A DNA stretch of 62,816 bases, filler included, from Choristocarpus tenellus KU-1152 (GCA_964200185.2; 8 parts of 8 records of this genome joined end to end with filler, not necessarily neighbours in it), one strand, 5' to 3'; positions 37,754 to 52,195 are shown, numbered from the whole stretch's first letter. Translations and numbers: made by a program. The notes: generated from the letters alone by a model not told the origin.

Positions 37754-40700
37754 AAGTGTGCAACAACAGCACCTTTCTTTCTCTAGAGGAAGTTATTTTG
37801 ACCATCTCCACCATTAATGATTCACACTCCATCAAGCAATACACGGTGAATGCAGTCAAGCAGACAACCCATCCAAGAAACCACCACCCCCACTTCTACA
37901 ACCAATCAGGCACTATGATGACTACTAAAAGAAACACAATAAACCACTCCCAGCCACCAGCAGGATGCACACAGAATGTCCCTGAACAAGATCTTTGACG
38001 CTTGCCTTGAGTGTCCTTAGGACAAGAATACACACAAGAAAGTCTACAATTTCATTCATTGACCAAGATTGCACAAGCTCACGCAGGCTGGGAAGAAACA
38101 AGAGCAAAACATAACCAACCCTGTCTCCTGGCGCAGCTGCTACTACTTTTGACAGTGTTGCCACTGAGATAAAAAAAAGGAAACTTCGTGCACGAATTAT
38201 TCTTGGCGAGAGGCTCACACTCCACTGTAGAGAAGATCACAAAAATCCCTTACCTTATTCGAATGGAACACATAGCTTGTAAGTTCAATGTGTTAACCTT
38301 ACAAAAATCACAGATGATAATAATGGCAGTAGCAGCGATAGAAGTAGTGGTGCCATGCACTGTTCTTGCAACCCTACTTTGTGCACTGTCTCATGATGTT
38401 CATCAACGCCGCCTACGACCACTCCGGTCTCTGCTTTCACCAACCCTGTCCCCGCCACCTCTTTCTCTTTCCCTATGATATGCCCCCAGGTATAATTGGA
38501 AACCACCCACACAAAGATAATTGTATGAGGGAAGGAGAATGGCAGAGAGGGTAGAGTAGAATAAGGAAATGGAGGTGAGGGGGGGGGGGTCGCGCACACA
38601 AGTGCCAGTAGACGATGGGCATGGCAGGAGGGGGGAGGGAGTAGGGGGGTTGAACATCGATATGATGTTGAGGTTAGTACCAGTGTATGTAATGCATACG
38701 GTGTCGATCATGTTCTACATTGAGACAGGTTGGGTTCTGCTAGTGAACTGGAAGTCAAAGTATGGAGATTGGGGGTGGGTTCTTGTTCTTGTAAAAATGA
38801 GTTATTTCATTCCTTGGGTTGCAGGATAAGAGGATTTTCGTGTGCGTAGTATCCTGTTTAAAAGCCTAATGTAGGGCCTAGTGCAGAACAATCATTGTGT
38901 AATGGGAACTTTGTAATGAGATGGATAAGGATGGAAAGGGAGTGGGGGTAGGCTTTGTTGAAGGTTTGGATGTAGTGCACAATGTCAAAAAATATGTGAG
39001 ACACATTCCAGACAGACGGAGATATATATTGAGAGAGAGAGGGAGTACTACAATATGTTCATGTAAAAACAGCAAATCCTTGACAAATATTTTGAAGCCA
39101 TTTGCAGGAATCTGCAATATGCACTTGAAAGGCAAACACAATACTACTTCCAAGATGAGCCTTAAACATCAAATAGGCCCAAAGGTGCAACATCTGCGAA
39201 CAGTCGATCTTCTATGATCTGCCCCAAAACGAAAACTGATGGGCGATGACCACCAGATCGGTGGAGGAAACTAGATTGACCTCTAGGCCAAAAATCAATT
39301 ATCGTAGGGAACATATGCTAATCAAGCCAAGAACCTATCTCGATAAAATCGATATTCTGAACAGATACAAAGACATAGAAGGCGTGTGGTCTCTTCCACG
39401 TTAGTGCCGGTTCCTTGTTGCCACTGTGTACCAAGTGACCTAGCATGTGAGACAATCAGAGGACATCGAGATAGATAATGCTGTGAAGGGTAAATAGTGT
39501 TTGCACTTCAACCCTTTAACATATGCAAGTACTTACTCTCTTGTCTCGTTGACTGAGTCCATGTGTCCTACCTGTTGAACCTTCACATAATACATGGACT
39601 AGCGTCGCATTCCCAACCTAACATTCCCAAGCGTTGCTACATCATGGCAAACTCTTATAGGTGAGCAACACAGCCCCAACCACAGCCAGGTCAAGCCAAC
39701 AAGGATGAAAAACTCAGTTTCACTCTAGAAACATAATGTCCACACCGGCAACACACCACAAAAAAATATGAACTCCAATTCAAAAACAAAAAACAGGACT
39801 AGTTGCCTGATAGAAATCAGGGGTGAAAGTCGAGGGTGACACATGCCCAACAACTAGGTCAACTATAAGTATAGCCCAGGGGCTATACTGGGAACACTCA
39901 ACTGGCATTTAAATGATAGCACCAGAAGCACTCTTGCAAATTACTGTAATGAATTCTACTGTACTACAAGGCCTTGAAACAAAAAATGAAATGCCATGGG
40001 GGTACCACAAGTGTGCCTCCAAAAGACAAAAGCCAATACTGTGCTATTTCCAATCCCAAAGCCACGATTCATTTACAGTGGCAACACCTACAGGCTGGTC
40101 CAAAGAAGAAGGTTCCTGCAGCACTTTCCAAGTAAAAGGATAAAATCTTGAAGGTTGCTTTGTTCTGATATGTATCTCATTAAGAAAAAAATATATGTTG
40201 GCGATACAATTTCAGAACAGTATCCACAGGCTGAAAAACGAAAATAACAGCCCTAATTCTTTCTTGCGAAATACGACCTCAAAAAAACGTAAAACAAAAA
40301 GGCCGGGAAAAAATTCGATACTTTCAAAATCGAATCATCTTTAGTTTGTTTTTCTAAATGATCAAATGCCAAGGGATCATCAATATTTGGCGCTTCAACT
40401 CAAAATGCTACAAGCATGGGGACTTCTGACTCCTTTTGTGAGGTAGAGCACAACCCCAAACTCGACAGCGAACAAACAAAAAAACAAACAGGCTTTCTCC
40501 ATCCACGCCAGGAGGTGTAGAGTGAGTCAAACAATGAGCACCAACTTCTTGATCGCAGACTTCACCCTGGGCCTCAGGGCATCCAACTTCACCCAGGGTC
40601 AAGTGTGACAGAGAGAACTAACACAAGTCCAATCTAGTCAAAACTGTGAGCGAAATCGTTGGCTCAGGAGTTTGTCAATGGTTCCCGATTGATATTAACT

Positions 40701-40914
40701 TACCAGCCGTACTTTTCAAAGAAATACTTCCAGCGTGAGCAGGTTCGTTTTTTCCCACGAGAAAGTGTGATTTACTACAACGGACGTTTGACACAGTCCA
40801 TCTTTGTTCTGCGGGTGAGCCGATCAAAGATGGAAGCGTTTTCTTCTTCTGATGATTGGATCCCCCACAGCACTGGAGATTGTTGCCTTCCCCCTTTCCC
40901 ACACCAAACTCAAC

Positions 40915-41173
40915 GAGCCAGATTATCTTAGGGTTAGGGTAGAGCCGCGTCCATTTGGGGTCAAAATCCAATGTTGCGATTTTGAGGTAATTTGGACTAT
41001 GGTGTTTGTTAGCAAGTGTCAATATCCATGTTCTGGACACACCTTTTCATAACACACACACACCTACTACTAAACATTTTGGAGTAGGAAAATGCCGTAA
41101 AGGAACCCATGGGAAGCCAAGCCCCAAATGGACAAACAGGGCAAAACTCGTACCTTCTAAGTTACTTTCAGTC
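40915..41173 (+). mobile_element. MITE family B carrying TTAGGGTTAGGG in its left arm
   Basis: Family B body; AAC/AAC flanks. Confidence 0.9.
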
Positions 41174-41876
41174 AACACCAAGTAGTACTGCTGCATGCAA
41201 CCGTCACAATCAATCGGAACAGCTTCATATCTGGAGCTTGGAACAGGACTGGTGATCAGAGCACAAGGTAAGACATAAGGGCACAGCAGCCTCTAGTAGA
41301 AAAAATGAGACAACCACATCGATTGTCACACCACTACTTGTTCACCCACCATTTTTTTTTTTTTCACTCAACAGGAAAGTTCATGTTTATTTCCCTTTAA
41401 ACTGACACACCTGCTGTGACTCAATCCCCTCCTATATTTCACACGTTGTTTCTAACACTGAATACATGTGTGCATGGACTAAGATCGCTGTTCCAAATTC
41501 TAACCTCTCCAATAAGCCGATAACACTCTTTTCAGGCACCAAACATAGACGGCCCAAGGTCTCCATCCCCTCTCCCCTCTTCTCTTCCTCACTATAGTAG
41601 TAGTCCCTTTTCTCAGTCCTCTCATGACCAGAGGTCTACCCTGGGTTAGGTAGATAGCATGTTCACTGTTCGGGTCATTGACATGGGCTGGCCATGTCTA
41701 AGTAGCTGACGACCACAGACCCAACCATCTGAAAACATTTTACCCATATAGCTGGCAGGGTAAAACGTGTTTGACGTACAGACTGACCTTGTCATAGCAC
41801 ATCATATGGACCCAATATTTCTAAACGAGTTGAAAGAGCCGTAAATACTACACAGTGTATAAGTAGCTGTGCTCTA

Positions 41877-42056
41877 GGGCTGAAGTATCTGGGGGGGGGA
41901 GGGAGGTCCACACCAGGGTGTCCATTTGGGCCTGACCAGGAGAAGTCCACTTAAATTATCCATCCAACGCATGCAATCAAATCACACAAAAATAGCGACA
42001 TGAAAAAATGGGCCCAAAATGGACAGCCGCTCTACCCCTCCCAGATACTTTGAACC
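41877..42056 (-). mobile_element. MITE family A, inverted and diverged
   Basis: GGGCTGAAGTATCT...AGATACTTTGAACC, flanked by TCTA/TCTA. Confidence 0.85.
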
Positions 42057-42174
42057 TCTAGGAAATTTAAAATCTAGTTCCTATAGTAGAGCAGGTTGCC
42101 TTCTATTCTACACACGATTTTATGTACAACTATGTCATACTCACTGCACTTCAAATGTCATCACCGTAGTGTAC

Positions 42175-42255
42175 GACCCTCACAGATGACCCTCACAGAT
42201 GACCCTCACAGATGACCCTCACAGATGACCCTCACAGATGACCCTCACAGATGAC
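42175..42255. repeat. Perfect 13-bp minisatellite GACCCTCACAGAT, 6 copies
   Basis: Read directly; no spacers between units. Confidence 0.95.
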
Positions 42256-43643
42256 ATCACCCGGAAGACTTGAAACTCATTCATTGCCAGCGAAACACTC
42301 TCACACTAAGTGAACATGTAATAATGCAAACGAATTCAACTTTTTCTACGCAACCATTATTTTCTCAGCATTTTCTCAGCGTACATACATACATACAGAT
42401 ACATCTGCAAATGATCCTCACGCATCTAAAAAAAAAAGAATATATATTTTTGAAGAGGTGACAAACAGATTTATTTTTTCTTCTGATTCTACTCCCATAG
42501 ATCAGACCGGTACAAACCCAACAATTCCATATTATAAACAATCCATAGCATGACATGCCTTCCAAAGTCTGCTCGCAGATTGGCCAAACAAAGCGGACGG
42601 GGCATGGCTACTAGGGCAAAACCTCGTCTGGGAGTAAGTAGGTAGGCCTGTCTGAGTCTGTGGATTGGACTAACACAAAACGTGCTGGACATGGGTATGG
42701 ACATGTCACAACAAGTTAGATAGCCTGGCAGGCATGGACTGATACAACCCCTAGTAGACATGACTCGGACAGGTAGGAGAATTTTAAAACTCAGTCTGAC
42801 CCGGAAGACATGAGCTGATACAATACCCAGAGGACAAAGACTGGGACGTGTCAGATAACCTTAGGCCTGGTGGTCCAGTCGGCGGATGCAGGCCGCTACA
42901 ACATCTCTTGAGTCTGGGCCTGGACCTGGGCTAGGACACTTCGGCTATTTTCGTAACTGCATCGGCCTATGGATTGAACTGTTTGCATTTGCCGGCCTGG
43001 TGTAGGCTCCCTCCTCAAGACCAGTACTGCCCATCAGAAGAAAAATAAACAAATTGATGTGCAAAGTGCAGTAGAATACTATCATGGACCTCTAAGCACA
43101 CACTCACCACCATTTGAGCGATATACTGTAACACCAACTGCAGACAAAATATGGCACTAAAGTCCTAAGAAGTATTGAAATATGAGCCGTACAAGATACC
43201 CCAAATCAAATCTGTCCCTTAGTACATCTGAGAGTGAAAGAAACAATGTAACATTTCATCACCCCCTTCCGCTACCCCCTGTTCTTCCCCGAACTACAGT
43301 AAACTATCCCATGCCCACACCTGTCCCTGGTTCTCCCTTTAGGTCCATGCTTGGAAGAGGGGCTTCTGCTTCTGGTCCTTCAAGGGTAAGGGGCCACAAG
43401 TTCAGGGTTAGGGTTCCAAACCTTCATGTATGAACGCTACTCAACAACTGGTTGCACCTAAGTCAAGATGCACGGCACCACACCCAACGCTTATGCCCTC
43501 ACAGTCAATACTACAGATCACCCCCCCCCCCCCCCCCCCCCCCNNNNNNNNNNNNNNNNNNNNNNNNNNNNNNNNNNNNNNNNNNNNTTAATTAATTAAN
43601 NNNNNNNNNNNNNNNNNNNNNNNNNNNNNNNNNNNNNNNNNNN

Positions 43644-46067
43644 CACTAGTGCCTCACCCCAAGCACCTCCAGTCGCAGTCCCTGGACCTCCCAGTTCTCC
43701 TGCCTCTCCTCCGCCCCCACTACCTGTACCACAACCCCGTGAGACAGCTCGGATGTCTCTGAGATCAGCAATGCGCTGAGCATCCTGCGGGTGCCATAGG
43801 GACAGTGTTTCTGTGTTTGTGCAGCAAAAGAGGTGGTCCCGATGAGGGCCATAGAACCCCACTGTCCGGACTGGGCACTCTGCATTCATCACCGACTCCA
43901 GAGCCTGGTGAAATGGGACAAGAAAACACTGTTGCATTTTCCACACTGTATGTGTATATATGTACATCCATGGTTGAGGAAAATTGAAGTAGTGAACAAG
44001 GGGGTGTTGCATGATTGTGTTCGTATGATTCTAGTGACCTCTACCACTCCTTCAGCCCACGAAAAATTGTGTGCGTACGCTAGTCCCCACCTCCTCCTCT
44101 GAGGATATGGCGGTGTCAATCAGGCACATGAGCCCGTCCTCTGACGCTGTCACAAGTTGCATGGGTTTGGCTGGGTGCCAGACCACCTGTTTGATTGTAC
44201 ATTGTGTTTTGTTAGCATGGGTGCGATATGTTTTTAGTGGTTGTTTCTGAGCTGAAACACACAAAAAGGTTTTGAACCCACCACAACCAAGGCACAGACT
44301 ACTCTGAAGGAGAGAAGAAAGAGATAAAACACAAAACCATATTAAAAAAACATGGAAAAAAGGATGGGTTTCAGGATTAGGGAGAGAGTTGGCGAAAGGC
44401 ATGCTCAGGTGTGGTTATGGTTATACTTGCAAGCATGCTACAGTACAGGGCATAAAATTGGACCGCCGTTCCCCCCCCCCAAGATACTTTGAGCCAAATG
44501 CCAAAATATTTTGAGTGGGACAAGAACAGAGGTGTAACACTAAACAAAAACACAAAATAACCTTGATTGATACGAAGACTAATGAGTGTACAGCATAGTA
44601 GGATATAAATTGCCTCCTTAGAATTTAGGGGTGCGGCTACGGCTATCAAGAAAAGAGATACAGACCTCTCTTACATATGAGCACTTGCAGCAAGCATTGG
44701 CCAGGGAGGGGCAGAGCTAGGGTTCAGTAAAAGAGGAAGCTGGGATGCATCCAAACCTCCCGAAAGAGATCTTGAAGCTTGGTGGTAAGCTGGGAGGGGT
44801 GGGATACATAGTCCACGAGAAAAAAGATTGTGTCACAACAGTAACAATGTGTTGCAATTGCATGTGGTTGTACCTAAGTGAATGATGAATTGGTCTGCTT
44901 CATATTTAACTTCCGATATTCCCACTTGATAATAATGCACCATACCTGTGTGATGGCATCAGTGTGGCAGTCTGAATATGCTCCAATCTTCGCCCCCGCT
45001 TTACGAAGATCATAAAACTCCAGAGAACCCTCTTTGCCAACAGCACATGTATGATCATCCTGGGCAACCTGCACATGTGTCGAAAAGGGCAAGCAAAAAG
45101 GGCATGCAGGCGAAGTATTAGGAGGTGAGAAGTGAGTATGAGGGAAGGGTGTTAAGGACTAAATTATTGCCAAGCTTTGTGTGGTCCTCTAGTGTATCTC
45201 ACAATGACAAAAACATGTCCGGAATTCAAAGCCATTCCACAATAGATTGGAGTGCTGATTATCTGACAACCTGAGTAGCTCGTAGGGATTGTGCTGTGTA
45301 TCAACAACACGGGTAATGTGAGTGGTCGCCCCACCTCCATTTGGAGTTGGCAAAATTTCTGCGCTTATCTCGCTCCATTTATTCCTTTCATACGCTGTGA
45401 TCCTTTCCATCTCCTAAAGTGCTGGACGGATCGTCATTGTTCATGCAATGCATGAGAAAAATCGGGTTCTCCAGTCTCAGCTAAGGTGTCCTGTGCTGAA
45501 ACAACGTACTCTAGACCTCCTGCACCACTTCTCCCTATAGAATGTGAGGGGTTAAATACTCCAATATATCTGTGCCAACCCTAACCAAGCATGCAACTGC
45601 CCATTTAGCGATGGGTATGGCCGAGCATGGCTCAAGGGTGTAAATGACCAACTCACCGCCATACTCCAAATCTCTTCTCTCGGCACCCCGAACCTCAGAG
45701 CCTGCTCCATAGTTCGAGTATCCCAGCATCTCACAAAGCCATCCTCAGCACATGAATGCATGATGTGAGGATGAAGGGCCGAGAAAGAGAGCTGTGTCAC
45801 AGGACCCTCGTGACCTGCTATGGCCTGCTCAAAGTGAAGCGTGTCCCTAGCGTAGAGCTTCACCTCGCGCGTAGAGATTGCAGCAGCCAGTTTGCTACCA
45901 TCGCAGCTACTTTTAACGTGGGTAACGTATTCATATGTCATCTCGCCATCATTGTCGCCATCCTCGCTTTGCTCCACCATAGCTTCCCGTCCCCAAGCTG
46001 TCACTGCTGTAGCCTGCACCTCAAAGCGTGGGAGGGAAGGAAGGGGAAGCCCCCCCAACCCCGACAT
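43644..46067 (-). CDS. WDR89: WD40-repeat protein, WDR89-like, 3' end lost at the gap. Exons 46067-45657, 45068-44946, 44186-44091, 43904-43644
   Basis: GHEGPVTQLSF...SCAEDGFVRCWDTR; LEFYDLR...GAYSDCHTDAITQVVWHP...LVTASEDGLMCLIDT...EEEALESVMN; TNTETLSLW. This is the WDR89 pattern. GT-AG junctions in phase. Confidence 0.88.
44452..44495 (-). mobile_element. MITE family A terminal fragment in a WDR89 intron
   Basis: GGACCGCCG-poly(C)-AGATACTTTGAGCC. Confidence 0.65.
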
Positions 46068-46326
46068 ATTTTTAATGTAGCTAGGATACAGAGCTAGCAG
46101 AGGGATGCGGAGGGATATGGGAGCAGCAACGTGCTTTGACTTGTAATCAACCCAAAGTTGGTTTTGTGTAGGGTGGACAAGGCGTTAGCAAGGTTGGAAT
46201 GTAGATACACTATTAGTAACGTATTGAATGCACGCCAACTATCATTAAAACCTCCAAATCTCGAACTTCTCAACACAAGTTGTAGCAGATTGGCGAACAC
46301 AAGGTTCTGGCCAAACGAGTATTGCC

Positions 46327-46905
46327 ATGTCTTCTGCGCGTCGTAATGTGGGACAAAGGCCTAGGGGAGCCATCGTTATTGGGGGAGCAGACCGCTTTGG
46401 GCAGCTGGTTGTGAAAACAGGGAAGGATTTCGTAGTGAGGCACCCAGCTATCAGTGTTTCATGGGTGCTAGGACTACTCATTTCTATCCTGGCGACAGGT
46501 TTCACTCCTACCTTCGAGTCACAAGGTAATTACCAGGTGAGTGTTACAGTTTTTTATAGTTCAAATGCGAATGGTCGAAGTTTGATGTTTCTCCCAAGAA
46601 TCGACATCCTGAGAGGAGTACTGGGTTGAAGCAGACTTGTGATGTCAAAGTGAAGGGAATTGCAAGGGCCGACGGCGATATTACCTACATATGAGGGTAG
46701 ATGTCTTATTCCCACGGGTGTGATGGCAGTGATGTGATGCAGATTAATTGTAGCAACGTGTGGTTTGTAATGTTCAACATCCAGCTTACCCCAGTTTGCA
46801 CCAATATGGGAATTGCCAATCACAGATGAAAATGAGTGAGCTAGATGTGGACAGTCTGTCCCTAGCAGAGGAGGACGTGTTGCGCTGGAACAGTGCATAC
46901 CAGAG
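46327..46905 (+). CDS. 5' part of an uncharacterised membrane protein, exons 46327-46536 and 46826-46905; remainder beyond the gap
   Basis: ATG, then one TM segment (ISVSWVLGLLISILATGF), donor CAG|GTGAG, acceptor CACAG|, in-frame MKMSELDVDSLSLAEEDVLRWNSAYQR, donor AG|GTAAT. Confidence 0.7.
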
Positions 46906-47141
46906 GTAATTTCTTCTCAACTAACAAGATGTTCAATGCCAAATTTCACAAAGAATAGTGCTGTACCCCCCACGTCCTGTACCCCCCACGTCGTGCTCCA
47001 CAACTCTGCGTCCACCGACCGGACGAGCCAACGTCCGACCTNNNNNNNNNNNNNNNNNNNNNNNNNNNNNNNNNNNNNNNNNNNNTTAATTAATTAANNN
47101 NNNNNNNNNNNNNNNNNNNNNNNNNNNNNNNNNNNNNNNNN

Positions 47142-50100
47142 GGTTCTCGCATTTTTTTTTTTTTTTTCTTGGATCCTTTCCCTGGGGCAGCCAAGTCCTG
47201 GACGCTATCTGCGCCTGTCCCATCTCCTGGGGACCCACAAGATTGCTGGGTGCTGAATGCAGAGGTGCCACCATCAACACTCTCAACAACACAACTCCAG
47301 GACTCACAAGGAGAGTCCTTGGGAGAGTTGGTCCCTCTGCAAGAGCTATGCACCTTCTGTGATGCTTCTTCCCTCTCAACATCAAGTTGTTGGGTCAATG
47401 TTCTGTCCTGGCACTTGCTATTAGCCTGACGAGCAGTACAATCACTCCTCCCCTTATCATGCATGATGCAGTTGACTATCCCCTTGACATCCATAGAGTT
47501 GGAATGGTAATGTCTTCTTCCAGGACGAGTAGGTATTGGTCCTGTCAGGTGCTCCATGGAAGGCATATTTTCATGTCCATCCTTTCCCCCCGGTCCACTA
47601 CTACTGATGCTCACCACCTCCATGTTTTGGTAGGCATTTTTATCAACCTTTCCCTCATCATCAGCAGTGCCAATCTCCCTTTCACTGCCTGCATATCTAG
47701 CAGCACGGCTGTGAAGAGGTCCTGGCAAGGGTACTGTCTCAGGTTCTTCCCATTTTTTACCCTTTTTTTGATCATCCAAACCAACGCCCTTGACTGTTAG
47801 TTGAGATGACGCCTTGATTATAACATTCTCAGTTACTGAAGGAGTGGATGTATTTGCACCCTCCAATGACCAGGCCTCTATCTGCTTCCTGCCATAATCT
47901 ATTGATTGTGCCTGGTCCCCTGCAATGCAGGAGGTGAAAGTGGATGGTTCGACACGAGACTTATGTTTTTTTGTCTCACCTTGATTCCCCCTGCCGATTT
48001 GAATGGGTTCTAGGTCCTTTCCCTCCCAAATCTGACATGAAATGTGGGTTTGGCAACTTTGGTCAATCACACTAACTTTGCCCTCCACGTCTGAGAGTGT
48101 GTTATCTAAAATTGAAGGGTTTTCTCCTGCTGCAACATTCCTTGGGTTTCCCTGACGAGCCAAGAAAGGAGAGACAGCTCCCTCTATTATATCCTCATAC
48201 CCATCTGTGAGTGTGCCAGTTGAAATCAAAGTGTTTGTCCCACCAGTAACATCTCTTAGATCACCCTGAGAATGCTTGGAGGACATATACTCACTTCCCA
48301 TCCGCTCTACAGTAGTTGTTGTGATTGGAGTTTGAAAGCAGTTGTGATCAGTTTCCCTGTTGGTCTGACTTGCATTATCAGCTTTGTTGATCTTTGCCAC
48401 GGGAACGATCCTGCTTGTCTCTTTTACTAAGCTTGCAGCGCATATCAAACTGGGCACTGCATTTATACTGTCTCTTGGATCGACCTGACAAGACACGCTC
48501 ACTGTCTTCTTATTTGTGTCATTGATCACACTTTGGCTGCCTGTACCCATCTTCCCAATGTGATCCTCCACTGCATTCAACGTCTGCATCTGATCCTCCT
48601 TCTGATCACCAATAGTTGGATCCGTGCAACTGTGAGAGGTGGCGGGATCAGTTTGTAAATTGACCTGTTGTTGTCTGTTTGTGGGTTGGCATGTATTGCA
48701 GCATTATTGTGGGTATGTAGGGCAGGCAGGAGTTTTTGAGAGGTGTTTGTATTGGGGCACATGGGCAAAGACAAGATTGCGCATATTAGGAGGTAGGAAG
48801 ATTGCAGGGGAAATGTATATTATTGACTGACTGCGACATATATGCTATTCTATTCTTTGAAATGCTTTGCAAATGCCTCAATCCTGGCAAAACTCACACG
48901 CCAAAGCTTCATTACTCTTTGCAAACGAAAAAAAAATGATATGGTGAGCTAGGAGTGAACCAGAAAGGGTCAACTCTGGTAGTGCCGATTACTAGGAGGT
49001 GGATACTTAGCAGGAGTGCTCCATGGAGCTTTGCACTTCCTGAGAATGTCTTGTAACAAATATCCTGTCGACAAGTTGAACAACGCAATGTCCTCAACAA
49101 CAATATATGCTCCCTCCGTGAAAAACAGTTGAGTCGATGCCTTTTTTTGAAGCATAGCCCAGTCTTAACCCAACACAGACTTTAATGTCACCTAAGTTGT
49201 TGGAACTGGTTGACCAAATCAATGCTCTCACTACGCAGTATTCTTGATCGTGCCTCTCCCTCCTCCATTAGGTGCCGGAGCCAACGAATTTCTTCCTCCT
49301 GATTGAGCACCTGGCACAAGAAACAATTTGTTCAGTTATGAAACACAGTGTTGAAGTAGATGAAAAGGATATGGAAATTGAGGGAGTCAGCAGTGACTCT
49401 ATGTTGAAACCTCTCCCCTAAAGTTTTCTTCTCAGTATGTGTGTTTTGAATAACTTGAAGTGGAATTGAAAGAGTATGCGAATGGGTATGACAACAGTAG
49501 TATTAGGTGTATCTTCCCTCTGAATTTCCACATATTCGAAAGGTTCAAGACAAGCACATCAGTGATTCTCAGCTCAGTGGGAACATGCTGCACTCATTCA
49601 ATAGGTTCCTGCCTTGTAGAGAAGTAGTATAAACCTAATCTACAGCTCTCACTTCTTATTGTTCACAATCTGCAAAAGCAGCCCCCAAAAGAAAAAAAAT
49701 GACAAGCACTCAAGTGTAGTGCATGCACATATCTGAACATTCATTTGTCACAGAATTGCTTAGCTTCAAGAGCAGTCCTACTGCCTTACCCCATTTGGTG
49801 CCTGACAAACATACGCTGCCACATCTAACCAATTTTGTCAAATTAGATCACATTATACTCATTTTCCAATCTTACAGTAGTAATGCACGGAGGCCTAAGG
49901 CATAGTGCACTGCAAAAACCTGTGATACATGAGAGCAGTTTTGTGGGATTGATCAATTGCACAAATAGGTTACTAATGTTGGCCTCTTGTATGTGTACAT
50001 TTGAAAAGTGGTGTCAGACCGGCTAATAAGTATGACCTCACAACTTCTGGGGCATTGCACTCACGAGACGGCAAAGTAAAGATATATATATATATATATG

Positions 50101-52195
50101 TACATATATATATTTGCTACTGTCATTTCCCATTTGCTCTACTGTGCTATGATTGGTTTGTTCACAGAGTCACTGAGGGATATCCTTACGCTGCATTTCG
50201 CGCTTCTGAAGATAACCTTCAAGGGAGATCTTTGAAAGATGCCGAGACTGTGAAGAACAGCATATATGGGCCATCCTATGTTAGAGTGGGCTTTGGATGA
50301 TAATATTTACTCCAGACAGGTCTTTTTTTGATCTTCTGCCTGACACCCCATTCCCATTACTTAAATTCACTTCTAGCCCCCCTTAGGAGGCTGTGACTGC
50401 AGAAGAGAAGACAAATGCTTATCTACGCGCATGAAAAATAGTTATCCAGAATACTGGAATCACACGTAGCAGAAGGCAGTCACATGGACCTCAAATACTC
50501 AACAATGCACCTTTCAAAGATAGCATGACTCAATCTGATTAGAGAATTTTTTCGGAGCATGCTATCCCTAGTGTACTCCAAGAATCCCTACACTACCTCT
50601 GGGTTTTGGTAGAGATTCTTCCACTAAAATAGTAACATAGTGTGAATGGGTGTTGAAAAATATTGCTTACATTCTACTACTTCCATGTACTTGGTGTGAT
50701 ATGCAAGTGCAATGTAGGCACTGTAGAGGTAGAACAAAATGTGTGATGGATTGTTTATACTACTGGCAAAACATCCCTGTTCTTGAATCTTTGCCCACCA
50801 CACCCACCTGCCTCTCAAGCTTTCTCCTCTCTCCATTCGCCTGCACAAAGGGAATTTTATGCTCCTCTGAAACTAAGACCTCCAAATGGTTGCGCAATAA
50901 AATGAACTGAAAATGTAGTAGGGTACATTGGAATGCGAAAGATAGAAAATGAGAAGCAGTTCTGATCAATCACATATGCTGTATAGTAGTGTTAAATAAA
51001 ATTCTCACAGATTCCAGGCTAGTTCGACGTATTTTCTTTTGCAGAGTTTATGAAATCACCAACAGTACAAGGATACCTTAACAGTACAACAGTACCTTCC
51101 TAGAGAGGTCAGTATTGCGTTTCTGGAGGTATTGGTTGTTCCTGTGCGCTGATTCAAGCTCCTGGCACAAGACAACATTAAGCAAGGGAGAAAGAAACAA
51201 GTCAGGATAAGAAATACAGGTTTGAGGAAGAGTAGTCTTCTAAGGCCCTAAGTCATGTACTTTTTTGGTCAAGTGGAAGTGACAAACATCTGCTCAGAAT
51301 ATCAAAGTGATTGAGGGCATGTTGTCAATGAGAGGAAATGTCCAGGTTTGGCCTGGATAATACTGTAAGAAACCTAGTACAGGCACATAAATATTGAGAG
51401 TAATGGCGATCTTACAAACAAAAGTCTAATCCAATCAGTTTAGTGTTAACTAAGTGCAACAACTGCTTTCTGACCAGGTGAAGACATCTCTATGTGCGCA
51501 AAGGTAGTCCGCACTCTTGGTTTATGTAGTTGCTTGCTTGTTCCTCTGCGTACGTGCTTAAGGACTTATTTCTCGTAGATGCTGTTCGAGTATCCCTGAA
51601 CTTTACCTGTTTGATCCGCCGCGTTTCCTCCAGAACTCCTTCTGTAGTATGTCGCAGTTGAGCATCATTTTCTATATTCCTTGAGGTGGTTTCATATCGT
51701 GCAGTAGAGGGGAGGACCTCCAGAATATCGTGTATCAGTGGACGGGATACTACGCCCATCCTTGATGTTTCAAGCTCTTCCCTTACTCCCCACTGGCAAA
51801 GGCTTTTCTCGTTATGTTTGTACCCCTGGTGGCGGTGTCTACCATACTGATCTTGATTTGTCCTGCCATTCGGACTGTCGCACATTCTTTCCAACCTCAC
51901 ATTGCGTTCCTCTGGAAAATAGACGTTTTTATTATCGTTTATTTTCACGTTTTGGCCGACCTTGAGTCGCCCATATTCCCGCCGTCCCTTGGTCGACCTG
52001 CGTGACCAGCCCTCCCCGGGCTCAGCCCAGCCCTTTCCCATACCCGTAATACCCTTCAGGACATCTTGCCCACCACAATGAACGCTGGTGGTACCCCACT
52101 GTCGCCAGTGCATCTCCCGTGGTGTAAGTTGCGAGACCGAAAGTGGCATCTCTCGACCAACAAAGACGCAGGAGCAGGTGGAAGTGTTGAATAAC
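47142..52195 (-). CDS. Large low-complexity/coiled-coil protein, partial. Probable exons about 52195-51607, 51161-51096, 49310-49192, 48629-47142
   Basis: A 219-aa and a roughly 490-aa ORF linked by short coiled-coil exons (ELESAHRNNQYLQKRNTDLSRK; VLNQEEEIRWLRHLMEEGEARSR) with GT-AG sites in compatible phase. No domain recognised. Confidence 0.6.

Noticed and set aside
42175-42255. Possible CRISPR array
   Set aside because: No spacers, 13-bp unit, eukaryotic context and no cas genes.
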